A DNA stretch of 64,000 nt from an uncultured virus (IMG/VR IMGVR_UViG_3300028030_000352) (taxonomy: Duplodnaviria; Heunggongvirae; Uroviricota; Caudoviricetes), in IMG/VR virus record IMGVR_UViG_3300028030_000352. One strand, written 5' to 3'. Under the pieces are notes generated by a model. The model saw only the letters and a program-made list of their open reading frames with translations, ran no database searches and was not told where the DNA came from. Positions within the stretch are counted from its first letter, which is position 1, and the number at the start of each line of letters is the position of its first letter. Below, in pieces: positions 20,346 to 29,725 of the stretch. Both the position numbers and the translations under genes were made by a program.

Positions 20346-20780
20346 TTATATTTGATAATTATTCGTAAAATAAATAATTGCCAGATGAGTTGAGATTTCT
20401 CTATCAATAGATGCTACAGCGCCCCAATCAATTGCGTCGAGTTTTTTAATTGTACTATCAGGTACTGCGCCATCCATGTACGCATCACATATTCTCATCC
20501 AGTTTTCGACACCACCGACAATGTTAGCCATTTTCATTAGACGAAATGAGTAATGTTGAACTGTTATCTTTCTAGCCGATGATACACGGATAGGATCCCA
20601 TTCATGATTTTTAAGTTGTGCTGCTTCATCTATGATAGACAGTGCTTGCTGTTCTGACTTTATGAAACTCGGTGAAATTGGTATTTCTATTCTATCTGGT
20701 CTTATATTTCTAACGATAGGTTTTTTAACTGTATTACTATAAGACCTATCGATTGAGCATGATCCGTTTCTACACCCCAT
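20346..20780 (-). CDS. Hypothetical protein
   Basis: 144-aa ORF overlapping the upstream gene. Confidence 0.7.
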   Translation of the reverse strand: MGCRNGSCSIDRSYSNTVKKPIVRNIRPDRIEIPISPSFIKSEQQALSIIDEAAQLKNHEWDPIRVSSARKITVQHYSFRLMKMANIVGGVENWMRICDAYMDGAVPDSTIKKLDAIDWGAVASIDREISTHLAIIYFTNNYQI

Positions 20781-21156
20781 TTTCTTTTTCTTCCTTGATC
20801 ACCTTGTAACAGTCGGACACCATCTTATTGATGGAAAGCACGTTGGATTCGTAGCTCAAAAGAAAGTCCATCATTCCCTCTGTGCTAAGAGTCTTTTCTT
20901 TGTTTAGCTGTAGTAGACTCCCTGATAGTTCGGAGATCAGATCAGTCACGATTTTGTTACACCGTGAATGCGTGTATTTAGACAGTCGCTTAGTCTTTTC
21001 TACCTCTTCCAGTGCTCCCACTACCATCTTGTGTACGTTTGATTTACTGTTCTTTCTGACGACGTAAATCTTTTCGTCAACGTTTTGTCTCCTGTTCATG
21101 TCCATGAACACGTATGTTGCCGCCGTTAGCATTCCTAGAATTTGTTCGTATGTCAT
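20770..21156 (-). CDS. cas11: Putative stand-alone Cas11c (small subunit; detached Cas8c C-terminal domain)
   Basis: 128-aa helical protein; ILGMLTAA ~ LGRLFAVLE, CNKIVTDLISEL ~ YEK.I.EI...L, KTLSTEGMMDFLLSYE ~ P..LSL..QG.F.LGYYHQ of the Csd1 C-terminus (by eye). Confidence 0.55.
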   Translation of the reverse strand: MTYEQILGMLTAATYVFMDMNRRQNVDEKIYVVRKNSKSNVHKMVVGALEEVEKTKRLSKYTHSRCNKIVTDLISELSGSLLQLNKEKTLSTEGMMDFLLSYESNVLSINKMVSDCYKVIKEEKENGV

Positions 21157-21158
21157 TA

Positions 21159-21671
21159 TTAGAGTTTTCCTTTTTTGAATTTTATCGCTTGATCCGATAT
21201 CATCTCTGAGAGTTCATCGTATATTACATCAATAATCTTGTTTTTATCAATCAATCTATTTAGCTGTTCAACCTGTTTAAGATCATTGATCACCATCGAA
21301 TGATAATTAAGCATAGAATATACGCCAAAGTCTATTGATTTTTTAGACACGTTAAATGTCTTCACACTAGGCCAGATTTCGTCTAGCATTTTTGTAACGC
21401 TGCCGTATTTTTGTACTATATACCGCGTGATGATCCCGATATACAGTTCATACTGATAACTGTGCACGCTAAGCAGGGACTTATAAACTTCAATCTTTTG
21501 TCCACCTATCATGACTTCAAAATTTCTAGAAAGTGTACGATATCTAGAATCAGGGTTAGGTTCTAAAATTTTGAAACTTTCAATATCTGCGTTCAATGCG
21601 AAGTCAACAAAGTCTAGGACTTGCTTACTTTCCATAACCTGTCTTGTTACTTTATCTATGCTTTTTCCCAT
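21159..21671 (-). CDS. Paralogue family B protein
   Basis: Similar to 60557..61078 (MGK.I.K.T.Q..E) and the other B members; follows a family A gene. Confidence 0.8.
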   Translation of the reverse strand: MGKSIDKVTRQVMESKQVLDFVDFALNADIESFKILEPNPDSRYRTLSRNFEVMIGGQKIEVYKSLLSVHSYQYELYIGIITRYIVQKYGSVTKMLDEIWPSVKTFNVSKKSIDFGVYSMLNYHSMVINDLKQVEQLNRLIDKNKIIDVIYDELSEMISDQAIKFKKGKL

Positions 21672-21675
21672 TTTA

Positions 21676-22230
21676 TCACTGTGAAATTAGCTTCATCTTT
21701 GCTTTCATCAGCGAAAGTTTTTTCAGTTTTTCCGTGTCAATTTTTAGAAATTTGATATCATATCCATAATCATCGGAGATCAGGTTTAGTGCCATTTGGA
21801 CCGTTTCTTCTAAGTCAATATGTGTTACTGTATTTTGTGATGACTGTTCTACTTTATCTCCGATCAGTGATACCATGTACTCGCTGATCGATTTACTAAC
21901 CTTTGACACGTTATCATTGGTTTTTTGAATATTACCAATGGCGTTTTTCCAATCATCGATTACTAACAGTTTCCACTCATTCGTTGTTTTGTATATGTGT
22001 GTTAGTATTCTGCTGGTTATTGAATACTTCAGACCGGTAATTTCATTGCTCAAGTATGGGATCGAGATTTTGTCTCTCCCATCAATTGACGCCATATTGA
22101 TCCCATCAATGTTTATGATTGTTATATCAATATCGTTCACATAGTCTATAATTTCTGGTTTTATGTCTTCATTGAAGACTCTGGACTTCATTAGTCTTTT
22201 ATATACGATTGTATGCTTTATGTCTTTCAT
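21676..22230 (-). CDS. Paralogue family A protein
   Basis: TIVYKRLMKS N-terminal motif. Confidence 0.8.
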   Translation of the reverse strand: MKDIKHTIVYKRLMKSRVFNEDIKPEIIDYVNDIDITIINIDGINMASIDGRDKISIPYLSNEITGLKYSITSRILTHIYKTTNEWKLLVIDDWKNAIGNIQKTNDNVSKVSKSISEYMVSLIGDKVEQSSQNTVTHIDLEETVQMALNLISDDYGYDIKFLKIDTEKLKKLSLMKAKMKLISQ

Positions 22231-22235
22231 TTATA

Positions 22236-22745
22236 TCATCCTGCTATAACCATCATTTTTACTATTCTTATCTGATCGTCTGTTATCTCTTTACCATATC
22301 TTTTTCGTATAATATCCTCTATACTCATTGGCTTCATCGATTCAACGATCTTTTTTGTCATCATCGGACTTATGGTCAGCATGATGAGGTGTTTATGCTT
22401 CACTATTGTCTTAGACTTTTTCTTGAAGTGTTTCTTTAGTAACCTTCTTGCAATATCTAACATCATACTATTTATTGTTTCGCTGTTTATTGAATGGTAT
22501 GATCTTGTATATAAATTCATACTAAATGATTTGTCATTGAATTTATACTTTATGATTGTTGATAATCCGTATGACTTTCTAGTATATTCACATGATATAA
22601 GTTTAAACTTTTCATCAACTTCTGATCTAATATCTTGTATGATATCATAATCAATATCGTCAATATTTTTTGGGAAGTTTAATACATTATTCACATACAT
22701 TATCATGCTTTTTAATAGTTCATTGTTCATATGCTTGTCATTCAT
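22236..22745 (-). CDS. Hypothetical protein
   Basis: 169-aa ORF starting 12 bp after array 3. Confidence 0.75.
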   Translation of the reverse strand: MNDKHMNNELLKSMIMYVNNVLNFPKNIDDIDYDIIQDIRSEVDEKFKLISCEYTRKSYGLSTIIKYKFNDKSFSMNLYTRSYHSINSETINSMMLDIARRLLKKHFKKKSKTIVKHKHLIMLTISPMMTKKIVESMKPMSIEDIIRKRYGKEITDDQIRIVKMMVIAG

Positions 22746-22757
22746 TTATGTGTGTGT

Positions 22758-22944
22758 GTTGAAATCCACAGCCCCCTTGACTGGGGCTGACACTGGCGAC
22801 ATTGTCCTCAAAATACCTGATACCACATAACGTTGAAATCCATAGCCCCCTTGACGTGGGATGACACTTTCATCTATTGACTTTTTTATATCTGAGATTA
22901 TTTTAGTTGAAATCCACAGCCCCCTCCCTGACGGGGGCTGACAT
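22758..22944 (-). CRISPR. CRISPR mini-array 3: 3 degenerate repeats / 2 spacers
   Basis: Repeats at 22758, 22832 and 22906, each mutated relative to consensus; own leader copy. Confidence 0.93.
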
Positions 22945-23153
22945 CGTATGTATTGGAAATAACGTTACGAACGCTATTTCCAATACATCTCTGCGAGGAG
23001 TTATTTTTCTACTGAACTCCTGATCAGTAAAGAAAGCTTTTAGTGAGTGTTTATTTACTTGTCAAAGAAACGTATATTTATTTTACACTCGTTATTTTTG
23101 CGAGTGATCCCTCCACTAAAATCTGTTTATTTTATGATCGCTCGCAAGATATT
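22945..23153 (-). promoter_or_regulatory. CRISPR leader 3 (TTGACA-17-TAAAAG, 23065-23037)
   Basis: Third copy of the leader. Confidence 0.85.
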
Positions 23154-24278
23154 TCATTTCAGTTTTTCATGTGATTCCCACCTTGAAAGTCCACTGTCTA
23201 CCATATCTGTGAGTCTATTTTCGCTTGAAATCTTGTCTCCAAGAATTGTCGCGTTTTTCTTCATTTTTTCTTCATTTACGCTTAACGTTTTCATGACGTT
23301 TGTCATTCGTTTCACGATAAAATGAGTCAAGGTCAATGAATCCACGAGCGCCACTCTTTCAACGGATGAATGCGATATATCTCTTTCATGCCACAAAGCG
23401 ATAGACTCCATTGACGGTGAAACGTACCCTCTGATGAGTCTCGCGAGTCCGGTAACGTTTTCACTCATGATCGGATTTGATTTATGAGGCATCGCGGATG
23501 ATCCGACTTGTTTTTTGTCTTTCATTTCACACACTTCATCCACCTCTGTTCGTTGCAAATGTCGAATCATCAGTGCTAAACGCTCAACATTAGACGCCAC
23601 GATCGCTAAAGTGCTCATCACTAGCGCGTGCCGATCTCTTGAAACGACTTGTGTGGCTATTGGCTCCGGGCTTAGACTAAATTTTGACAGGACAGCACGT
23701 TCAATCTCTGGGCTTATAAATTCATGTGTCCCCACCGCCCCTGAGATTTTCCCGTATGACACTTCCCTTTTCGCGTTTTCAAGCCACTTAGATGACCTCA
23801 TCATCGCGTACATATGACCGGCTAGAACCCTACCGAACGTTATCGGCTTAGCGTGGATCCCATGTGTTCTACCGATCGTTTCAGTATTTTCATATTGTGT
23901 TGATCTTTGGCTTAAATGAAGTATCAGTCCGTCAAGGTCATATTTAATCGTGTCGATGGATTTTGTTATTAAGTAAGAAAGCGCGGTATCTACGACGTCC
24001 GATGATGTCATTCCTCGATGAAGGTAGCTCGCCTTTTCATTTTGAGCCTCTAAATGTTTAAGAAATGCTACAACATCATGTCGCGTTTCTTTTTCTAGTC
24101 TGTTTATTTCGTCTATGTCAATTTTCAGACCTTTTAGTGATTCGTATGTACCACTAGGGACGGTCTTTATTGACTCTAACTCTTTAAGAACTTCAAGTTC
24201 TATCTGGAGCCATGTGTTGTACTTGTTTTCATTTGACCATATACTGGTCATTTCTTTTGTAGTGTATCTGTCTATCAT
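23154..24278 (-). CDS. purB: Adenylosuccinate lyase, C-terminally short
   Basis: MIDRYT..EM..IWS, RHDVVAF, H.GMTSSDVVDTA, GRTHGIHA, SSAMPHKSNP, WHERDISHSSVER. Confidence 0.95.
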   Translation of the reverse strand: MIDRYTTKEMTSIWSNENKYNTWLQIELEVLKELESIKTVPSGTYESLKGLKIDIDEINRLEKETRHDVVAFLKHLEAQNEKASYLHRGMTSSDVVDTALSYLITKSIDTIKYDLDGLILHLSQRSTQYENTETIGRTHGIHAKPITFGRVLAGHMYAMMRSSKWLENAKREVSYGKISGAVGTHEFISPEIERAVLSKFSLSPEPIATQVVSRDRHALVMSTLAIVASNVERLALMIRHLQRTEVDEVCEMKDKKQVGSSAMPHKSNPIMSENVTGLARLIRGYVSPSMESIALWHERDISHSSVERVALVDSLTLTHFIVKRMTNVMKTLSVNEEKMKKNATILGDKISSENRLTDMVDSGLSRWESHEKLK

Positions 24279-24295
24279 ATTGTAACGCTACAAGT

Positions 24296-24880
24296 CTACT
24301 CTAACACTCGTCTTTCGTTCATGTACCTCCATATAAATATGCTTTTTCTCATTTGCTTGAAATAATCATCCGATGCTTTGAATTTGTACATCCAAGCTAA
24401 TTGTCTATATGTGTTTTTACTTTTAATAAATGACAGGTGGATTTTGCTTATTCTGGAACAAGAGATCACCACTCTACTACCGTTTTTCGTAAGATTTATC
24501 ATGTTATAATATCCAGTAATTTTCCCTGTGTCTACATTTCTTACCATAGTAAACTCTTTTTTAGAATAAATTGAGTCTACTTTCGGTATAGCCATTACAC
24601 GTACCGCGTCGTTACCGGAAAATGCGACTTTAGATCCAACTCTACTGACTGATGTGTTACTATATGAACAGAAAAAGAAAACGCCAGGTCTGTCGCTATC
24701 GTCCCTTGCGAACACGTAACCTTTTGTCTTTCCTATTTTTACATTAAACACGCCAAAGTGAAAGCCGGGTATTGCCCTCACTGTGCTTGTCATGATTGAA
24801 CTATCAGCTACGATAGTATTACTTGGTGTTGCGGCTATTGACGCTAAGGCTAACGCGATTGCGAGTATTTGTTTTTTCAT
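24296..24880 (-). CDS. Hypothetical exported protein
   Basis: Signal-peptide-like N-terminus MKKQILAIALALASIAA. Confidence 0.75.
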   Translation of the reverse strand: MKKQILAIALALASIAATPSNTIVADSSIMTSTVRAIPGFHFGVFNVKIGKTKGYVFARDDSDRPGVFFFCSYSNTSVSRVGSKVAFSGNDAVRVMAIPKVDSIYSKKEFTMVRNVDTGKITGYYNMINLTKNGSRVVISCSRISKIHLSFIKSKNTYRQLAWMYKFKASDDYFKQMRKSIFIWRYMNERRVLE

Positions 24881-25356
24881 CTTTTTCCTTCACTTAATTG
24901 TCTTGAGATAGATTCATTCTTTTCTATGATCTTATCAAATTTTGACGTCATGTATGCAAGCATTTTGTTTTTAACAATATCGTGCAGTTTTTCTTTATCG
25001 ATAGAGTATATGATCTGTTCCGGAAGATCAAATGGTGTGTTCATGATCTTCATGGCTTGATATATGTCGGGATATTTATTCTGTGGGTGATTAAATTCAA
25101 TTTTTGAATGTTCATAATATGAGTACCCGCCTTCAAATATATTAAAAAATTCCCTATATATACTATTTAATATTAGTCCCATCATTAGGCCATGATACTC
25201 TATATAATGAAGTAAAGTAGCAACGTTTACATTAAAACTAAATGATAAGTCCCCTGCGTCTATCAATATTTTAGTGTTATCAACATTACTATCTATTTTG
25301 ATTTCATTTACTCTAATATTACATAAAAATTCATGAAATTTTTTGAAGTTTTTCAT
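24877..25356 (-). CDS. Hypothetical protein
   Basis: ATGA-coupled ORF. Confidence 0.75.
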   Translation of the reverse strand: MKNFKKFHEFLCNIRVNEIKIDSNVDNTKILIDAGDLSFSFNVNVATLLHYIEYHGLMMGLILNSIYREFFNIFEGGYSYYEHSKIEFNHPQNKYPDIYQAMKIMNTPFDLPEQIIYSIDKEKLHDIVKNKMLAYMTSKFDKIIEKNESISRQLSEGKR

Positions 25357-25850
25357 TTGCCGATCATCTTAACTCTTGTATATTTCATTGCCATCTCTGC
25401 AGCTTCATTAAAGACGTCATCATCTGAATATAAAAAATGTTCTTTAGCATCCTTTATGACGTTCTCCATTGTTAACTCATAATCAACATAATACATGTTA
25501 TTAAGTACGTTATCTATCCTGTCTTTCAGTCTATCAAATAATAGGTTCTTCAAGTCTGTTTTGATGTCGATCATAAGTTCCATGCTATACGGAATGTTTA
25601 GCTGTTCAGCTACTAGGTCGTATAGTTTACCAATTTGTTTTCTAACGGTGGATGCTATTAGAGCTTCAAGATTATGTAAACTGTCACGTTTATTAGGGAA
25701 GTAAAATTCCTTTGAAAAAGAATCCTCATCGCTTGATACAATAATTACGCAATAGTTTCTACTCATTAACGTGTGTTTGATCTGTATGTTTGACGCTATT
25801 TCATCTAATCGTTCTGACACTATATCATGATAACGTTTTATGTTATTCAT
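25353..25850 (-). CDS. Hypothetical protein with C-terminal motif (YTRVKMIGK)
   Basis: Coupled ORF. Confidence 0.75.
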   Translation of the reverse strand: MNNIKRYHDIVSERLDEIASNIQIKHTLMSRNYCVIIVSSDEDSFSKEFYFPNKRDSLHNLEALIASTVRKQIGKLYDLVAEQLNIPYSMELMIDIKTDLKNLLFDRLKDRIDNVLNNMYYVDYELTMENVIKDAKEHFLYSDDDVFNEAAEMAMKYTRVKMIGK

Positions 25851-26478
25851 TCAATCTTTTTACCTTTTTTAAGTATGCGATAGTATCCACTATGTGTTGT
25901 GGAAGATTACGGTTATATTTAACGATCGATTCTAGAGCCCAAAGTGGATCGTCAAAGTTTGCAATAAACTTATTTAAATATTTATACCCTGTATCAAGCA
26001 TGCATTGTATATTGGATGATTTGTTTATTATGCTCCAATTTGAGATGTCTTGATTGAACGCACTTGCTTTATAGAACATCGCATACATACTTTTTACATT
26101 CGACACGTCCCATCGGCTTAGGTCTTGATCGAATGATTTAGTATTGCTGAACATCAATCTCGTGTCCGTTACGTGACTTACGTTCCACGCGCTTATATCC
26201 TGATTGAACTTTTTACATCCTAGAAACATCCGACCCATATTAGTCACGTTGGACACGTCCCAGTTTCCGATGTTTTGATTGAACGCTTTCGCCCCCTCAA
26301 ACATACTTGCCATGTCTGTTACATTTGAGGTGTCCCACCGGCTAATGTCTTGATTGAATGACTTTTTATTAAGGAAAAGCCATTTCATATCGGTGATGTC
26401 GCTCGTATCCACAAAACGAACGTCGTCATCATTTTTGATCATCTTTTCTAGTTGTTTTTTCGTTACCTTACGGTTCAT
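25843..26478 (-). CDS. DUF285/BspA-type repeat protein
   Basis: 25-aa [20 protein letters not shown] repeats. Confidence 0.92.
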   Translation of the reverse strand: MNRKVTKKQLEKMIKNDDDVRFVDTSDITDMKWLFLNKKSFNQDISRWDTSNVTDMASMFEGAKAFNQNIGNWDVSNVTNMGRMFLGCKKFNQDISAWNVSHVTDTRLMFSNTKSFDQDLSRWDVSNVKSMYAMFYKASAFNQDISNWSIINKSSNIQCMLDTGYKYLNKFIANFDDPLWALESIVKYNRNLPQHIVDTIAYLKKVKRLNE

Positions 26479-26986
26479 CGATAAATTCTAATGTTAATTT
26501 ATATTCTTTTATTATTTTATCGAAAAGCAATTGTTTTGTTGCTCTACGAGCTATGTCTCCGTTATTGTAGAAGTATTGAACAATTTTATAAATTATACTA
26601 TTATCAATGTTGTAGTATTCAAGTATATTATGCATGTTAATTCTTAAATTTTTATGCTTAACATTTTTAATATTTAGTTTTTTGTATATAACTTTATCAA
26701 TTTCATATCCACTGACTCCATGGAATTTTTTGAAATACGCGACAAAAACCTTTCCAGCTACTCTATTGTACAAACCGTGGTCAAATGATTTCCATAGCCC
26801 GACGATATCAACGTGAACGTTAAACTCGTCACCGTTCACCTTTGTTTTGACCACAACACTATATAAATTATCGTCTTTAACATCGATGATTTCAAAATCA
26901 CTGGATTGCAAGAACTTGACAAAATTAACAATGATCTCGTCTTGTAACATTTTGCATAGTGTTCTTTTTATCACATCACCTTTCAT
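26468..26986 (-). CDS. Paralogue family B protein
   Basis: MKGD.IKR....M...EI; follows a family A gene. Confidence 0.8.
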   Translation of the reverse strand: MKGDVIKRTLCKMLQDEIIVNFVKFLQSSDFEIIDVKDDNLYSVVVKTKVNGDEFNVHVDIVGLWKSFDHGLYNRVAGKVFVAYFKKFHGVSGYEIDKVIYKKLNIKNVKHKNLRINMHNILEYYNIDNSIIYKIVQYFYNNGDIARRATKQLLFDKIIKEYKLTLEFIDEP

Positions 26987-27537
26987 TTTGACACTCTTAG
27001 CATTTTTACATATCTATTAATCTCTGGTCGCATTTCGTCTATCATTTGTTTAATAGTCTCGCATTCACTACCGTATATACTCATAACGTTTTGAATCGAT
27101 TTCTCAACGAGTATATCGTGATTTATTAATTTAGTGTTACTAACGCACCACTCGATTTTATCGATCAACGCGTCTATGATCATATGATTAAGCGATTCTA
27201 GAATATTACATATGTTTTTGTTAGTATCTTCTAGATTGCCTAGTATATCATTTCTATTTGACAGTATTATGTCTTTCATATTATCATATTCATCACCGTA
27301 AAAACCTAGAACCATATCAATGATCTTCGATCTTGTATCATATGTGTCATTGGTGTACACATGTTTATACGACATTCTATCGTCATATCTAATGACACAC
27401 ATGGATTCCATGGCCGAGATTTTTCCTACTGTTAGCGTTGTATTTTCTTTTATTTTATTTAGGATCGGCGCTATTTCATTCTCATACAATTTTGATGACA
27501 ATATTGTTTTATAAACTAAAGTTTCTTCTATTTCCAT
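26983..27537 (-). CDS. Paralogue family A protein
   Basis: TLVYKTILSS; ends YVKMLRVSK. Confidence 0.8.
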   Translation of the reverse strand: MEIEETLVYKTILSSKLYENEIAPILNKIKENTTLTVGKISAMESMCVIRYDDRMSYKHVYTNDTYDTRSKIIDMVLGFYGDEYDNMKDIILSNRNDILGNLEDTNKNICNILESLNHMIIDALIDKIEWCVSNTKLINHDILVEKSIQNVMSIYGSECETIKQMIDEMRPEINRYVKMLRVSK

Positions 27538-28256
27538 ATGCGTTTCATCCTCATGTATTCATCAATATGGTCCATGTCAACACCTTTGATATCTTCTACA
27601 AATTTTTTATCAAATATTTCTGTAAGAATCTGTTCATAGTTATAATCTTTTATCAAGTCATGTACATAAGTAAACGATGTCGCATTAGATAGCATGAGTT
27701 GAATGACTTTATCATCAAGATCCCATTTTCCTATGTTTTGATTGAACGATGAAGCGTTCATGAACATACAGCACATGCTTTTTACGTTCGACACGTCCCA
27801 TCGACCAACGTCTTGATTGAATTTAACAGCGTCTTCAAACATCCTACTCATATTATTAACTTTTGATGTGTTCCATGATGTTATATCATCATCAAATGAT
27901 ACTGCACGATTAAACATTCGGCCCATATTAGTTACGTTCGATGTATTCCAATTAGATATATTTTGATTGAACAATGAAGCGTTCATGAACATACAGCACA
28001 TGTTTGTTACGTGGCTCACGTCCCACCGGCTAATGTCTTGATTGAACGATGAAGCATTTTTGAACATACAACACATGTTTGTTACGTGGCTCACGTTCCA
28101 CCGGCTAATGTCTTGATTGAACGTCGCGTTATCATCAAATAGATAAGACATGTCATGGATTTCGCTCGTATCAACAAATCGAACGTCCGAGTTTTGTCTT
28201 ATCATTTTTCTTAATTCTTTTTTCTCCATGGATCTGCTCGATTTTTGTATACACAA
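27528..28256 (-). CDS. DUF285/BspA-type repeat protein
   Basis: DUF285 repeats; likely start at MEKKELRK. Confidence 0.92.
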   Translation of the reverse strand: MCIQKSSRSMEKKELRKMIRQNSDVRFVDTSEIHDMSYLFDDNATFNQDISRWNVSHVTNMCCMFKNASSFNQDISRWDVSHVTNMCCMFMNASLFNQNISNWNTSNVTNMGRMFNRAVSFDDDITSWNTSKVNNMSRMFEDAVKFNQDVGRWDVSNVKSMCCMFMNASSFNQNIGKWDLDDKVIQLMLSNATSFTYVHDLIKDYNYEQILTEIFDKKFVEDIKGVDMDHIDEYMRMKRIWK

Positions 28257-28263
28257 ATGAGTG

Positions 28264-28974
28264 TTATTTATTAATATATTTTAACGCTATGTAGTGTTTA
28301 TATTTTTCTCTCAAGTTTTTGGGGATTGATTTTTCAATTATATTTGCTAGTGGAGCTTCACATAAAGAGTTATTGATCTCATGAATTATCTTGTCTGGGA
28401 TCATAGAGTAGTGTAACCTACTTGAATTGATTAATTTCATCTTACTAATTCTTTTATATGTACTAGGGTCTACATGTTTTAGAATTTGTTTTGAAATTAA
28501 TGAGATGAAATTATCCCCGAGTGGACCACCACCACTACTGTTTATGTAACTTGTCAAAATACTATACGGTTTACCGTTATCTGTAAATTCCAGCTTATAT
28601 CTTGATCCATTATCTGCATTAAACATTGTTATTTTATTGATTGTTATTCTTTTAGCTATTTCATCCCTAATTTCAATAACTTTTGATATATCAGGTAACT
28701 TATTGTCAGAAATGATACTGTCAGCTATATAATCCATGAACACTTTTGACTCTACTATTTGAGAGTAAGCTTTATCAGATAATTTTATCTTATGTCTTAG
28801 ATGGTTACGACCTTCAATCTTTTTTTCTAATTTTCTTTTAGTCAAATGTCCTATGACATTGTAAATTAGTATTTTATCACTTTTCATGCTTTGGTCATAC
28901 TGTACGTTAAGAACAATATGACCATACATGTTAATGGATATTTTATCAACCGAAGTTATTGTTATGTTACTCAT
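28264..28974 (-). CDS. Paralogue family C protein
   Basis: ITIT N-terminus, FTDNG, MIPDKII; ends YIALKYINK. Confidence 0.8.
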   Translation of the reverse strand: MSNITITSVDKISINMYGHIVLNVQYDQSMKSDKILIYNVIGHLTKRKLEKKIEGRNHLRHKIKLSDKAYSQIVESKVFMDYIADSIISDNKLPDISKVIEIRDEIAKRITINKITMFNADNGSRYKLEFTDNGKPYSILTSYINSSGGGPLGDNFISLISKQILKHVDPSTYKRISKMKLINSSRLHYSMIPDKIIHEINNSLCEAPLANIIEKSIPKNLREKYKHYIALKYINK

Positions 28975-29725
28975 TGATCTTTTTCATTCCATACAGTCTT
29001 TTGTATTTATCTCCTGTTCTTCCAGGAAACATCTTACTGAAGTATTCTTTTGCTGTACACTTACGGGTGGACTCGACTATCTCGTGAAGAACACGGTCTG
29101 GAATCATTATATAAAATGACTTTTCTTTTTCTTTATCAACCCTCGACCTTAGTTTTTTATATAGATCGCTGTTCATGTGACTCAAAATTGTATTGAATAC
29201 TGGCGATATAAATAGTGAGTCTACTGGTCGTTTTTCATGATAGTAGATCCATCTTGTCGTTTTTTCAAACGGTTCACCGTTATCGGTGAATTTCACAGTA
29301 TATTTCACATGAAGTCTGTTGCTGTATCGGATTACCTGCTTTACCGAGATTCGTCTATCAATTTCGTCCCTTACCTTAAGAAACTCTGAGATATCGACTT
29401 CATTTTCAAACATTTCGATGTTGTCTACTACAAGTTGTGTCCATTCATCGGATTGTACTAGCTTATCAAATACATGCTTTGGTATTTCAACATTGTATCT
29501 AATGAACCCGTATTTTCTTTGAAGTTGATCATTATCTTCCTTGATTCTATTGAGAGCAGATCGAATTCTTGTTTCCAGTTGTCTTTTTGTTGTGTGATTA
29601 AACGGTCCATATACAACTAAGTTTTCATCGTTTTGTTTACCTTTATAATAAAACTGTATCTTAAGAATCGGGGTTCCATCGAACGTACTTATCATCTTTA
29701 TGTCATAAATGCTTAGTTTATTCAT
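28967..29725 (-). CDS. Paralogue family C protein
   Basis: IPKHVFDKLVQS, FTDNG, MIPDRVL; ends LYGMKKINE. Confidence 0.8.
   Translation of the reverse strand: MNKLSIYDIKMISTFDGTPILKIQFYYKGKQNDENLVVYGPFNHTTKRQLETRIRSALNRIKEDNDQLQRKYGFIRYNVEIPKHVFDKLVQSDEWTQLVVDNIEMFENEVDISEFLKVRDEIDRRISVKQVIRYSNRLHVKYTVKFTDNGEPFEKTTRWIYYHEKRPVDSLFISPVFNTILSHMNSDLYKKLRSRVDKEKEKSFYIMIPDRVLHEIVESTRKCTAKEYFSKMFPGRTGDKYKRLYGMKKINE

Noticed and set aside
22868..22880. Mini-array spacer shares tttcatctattga with 51094-51106
   Set aside because: 13-nt AT-rich match, flanks diverge
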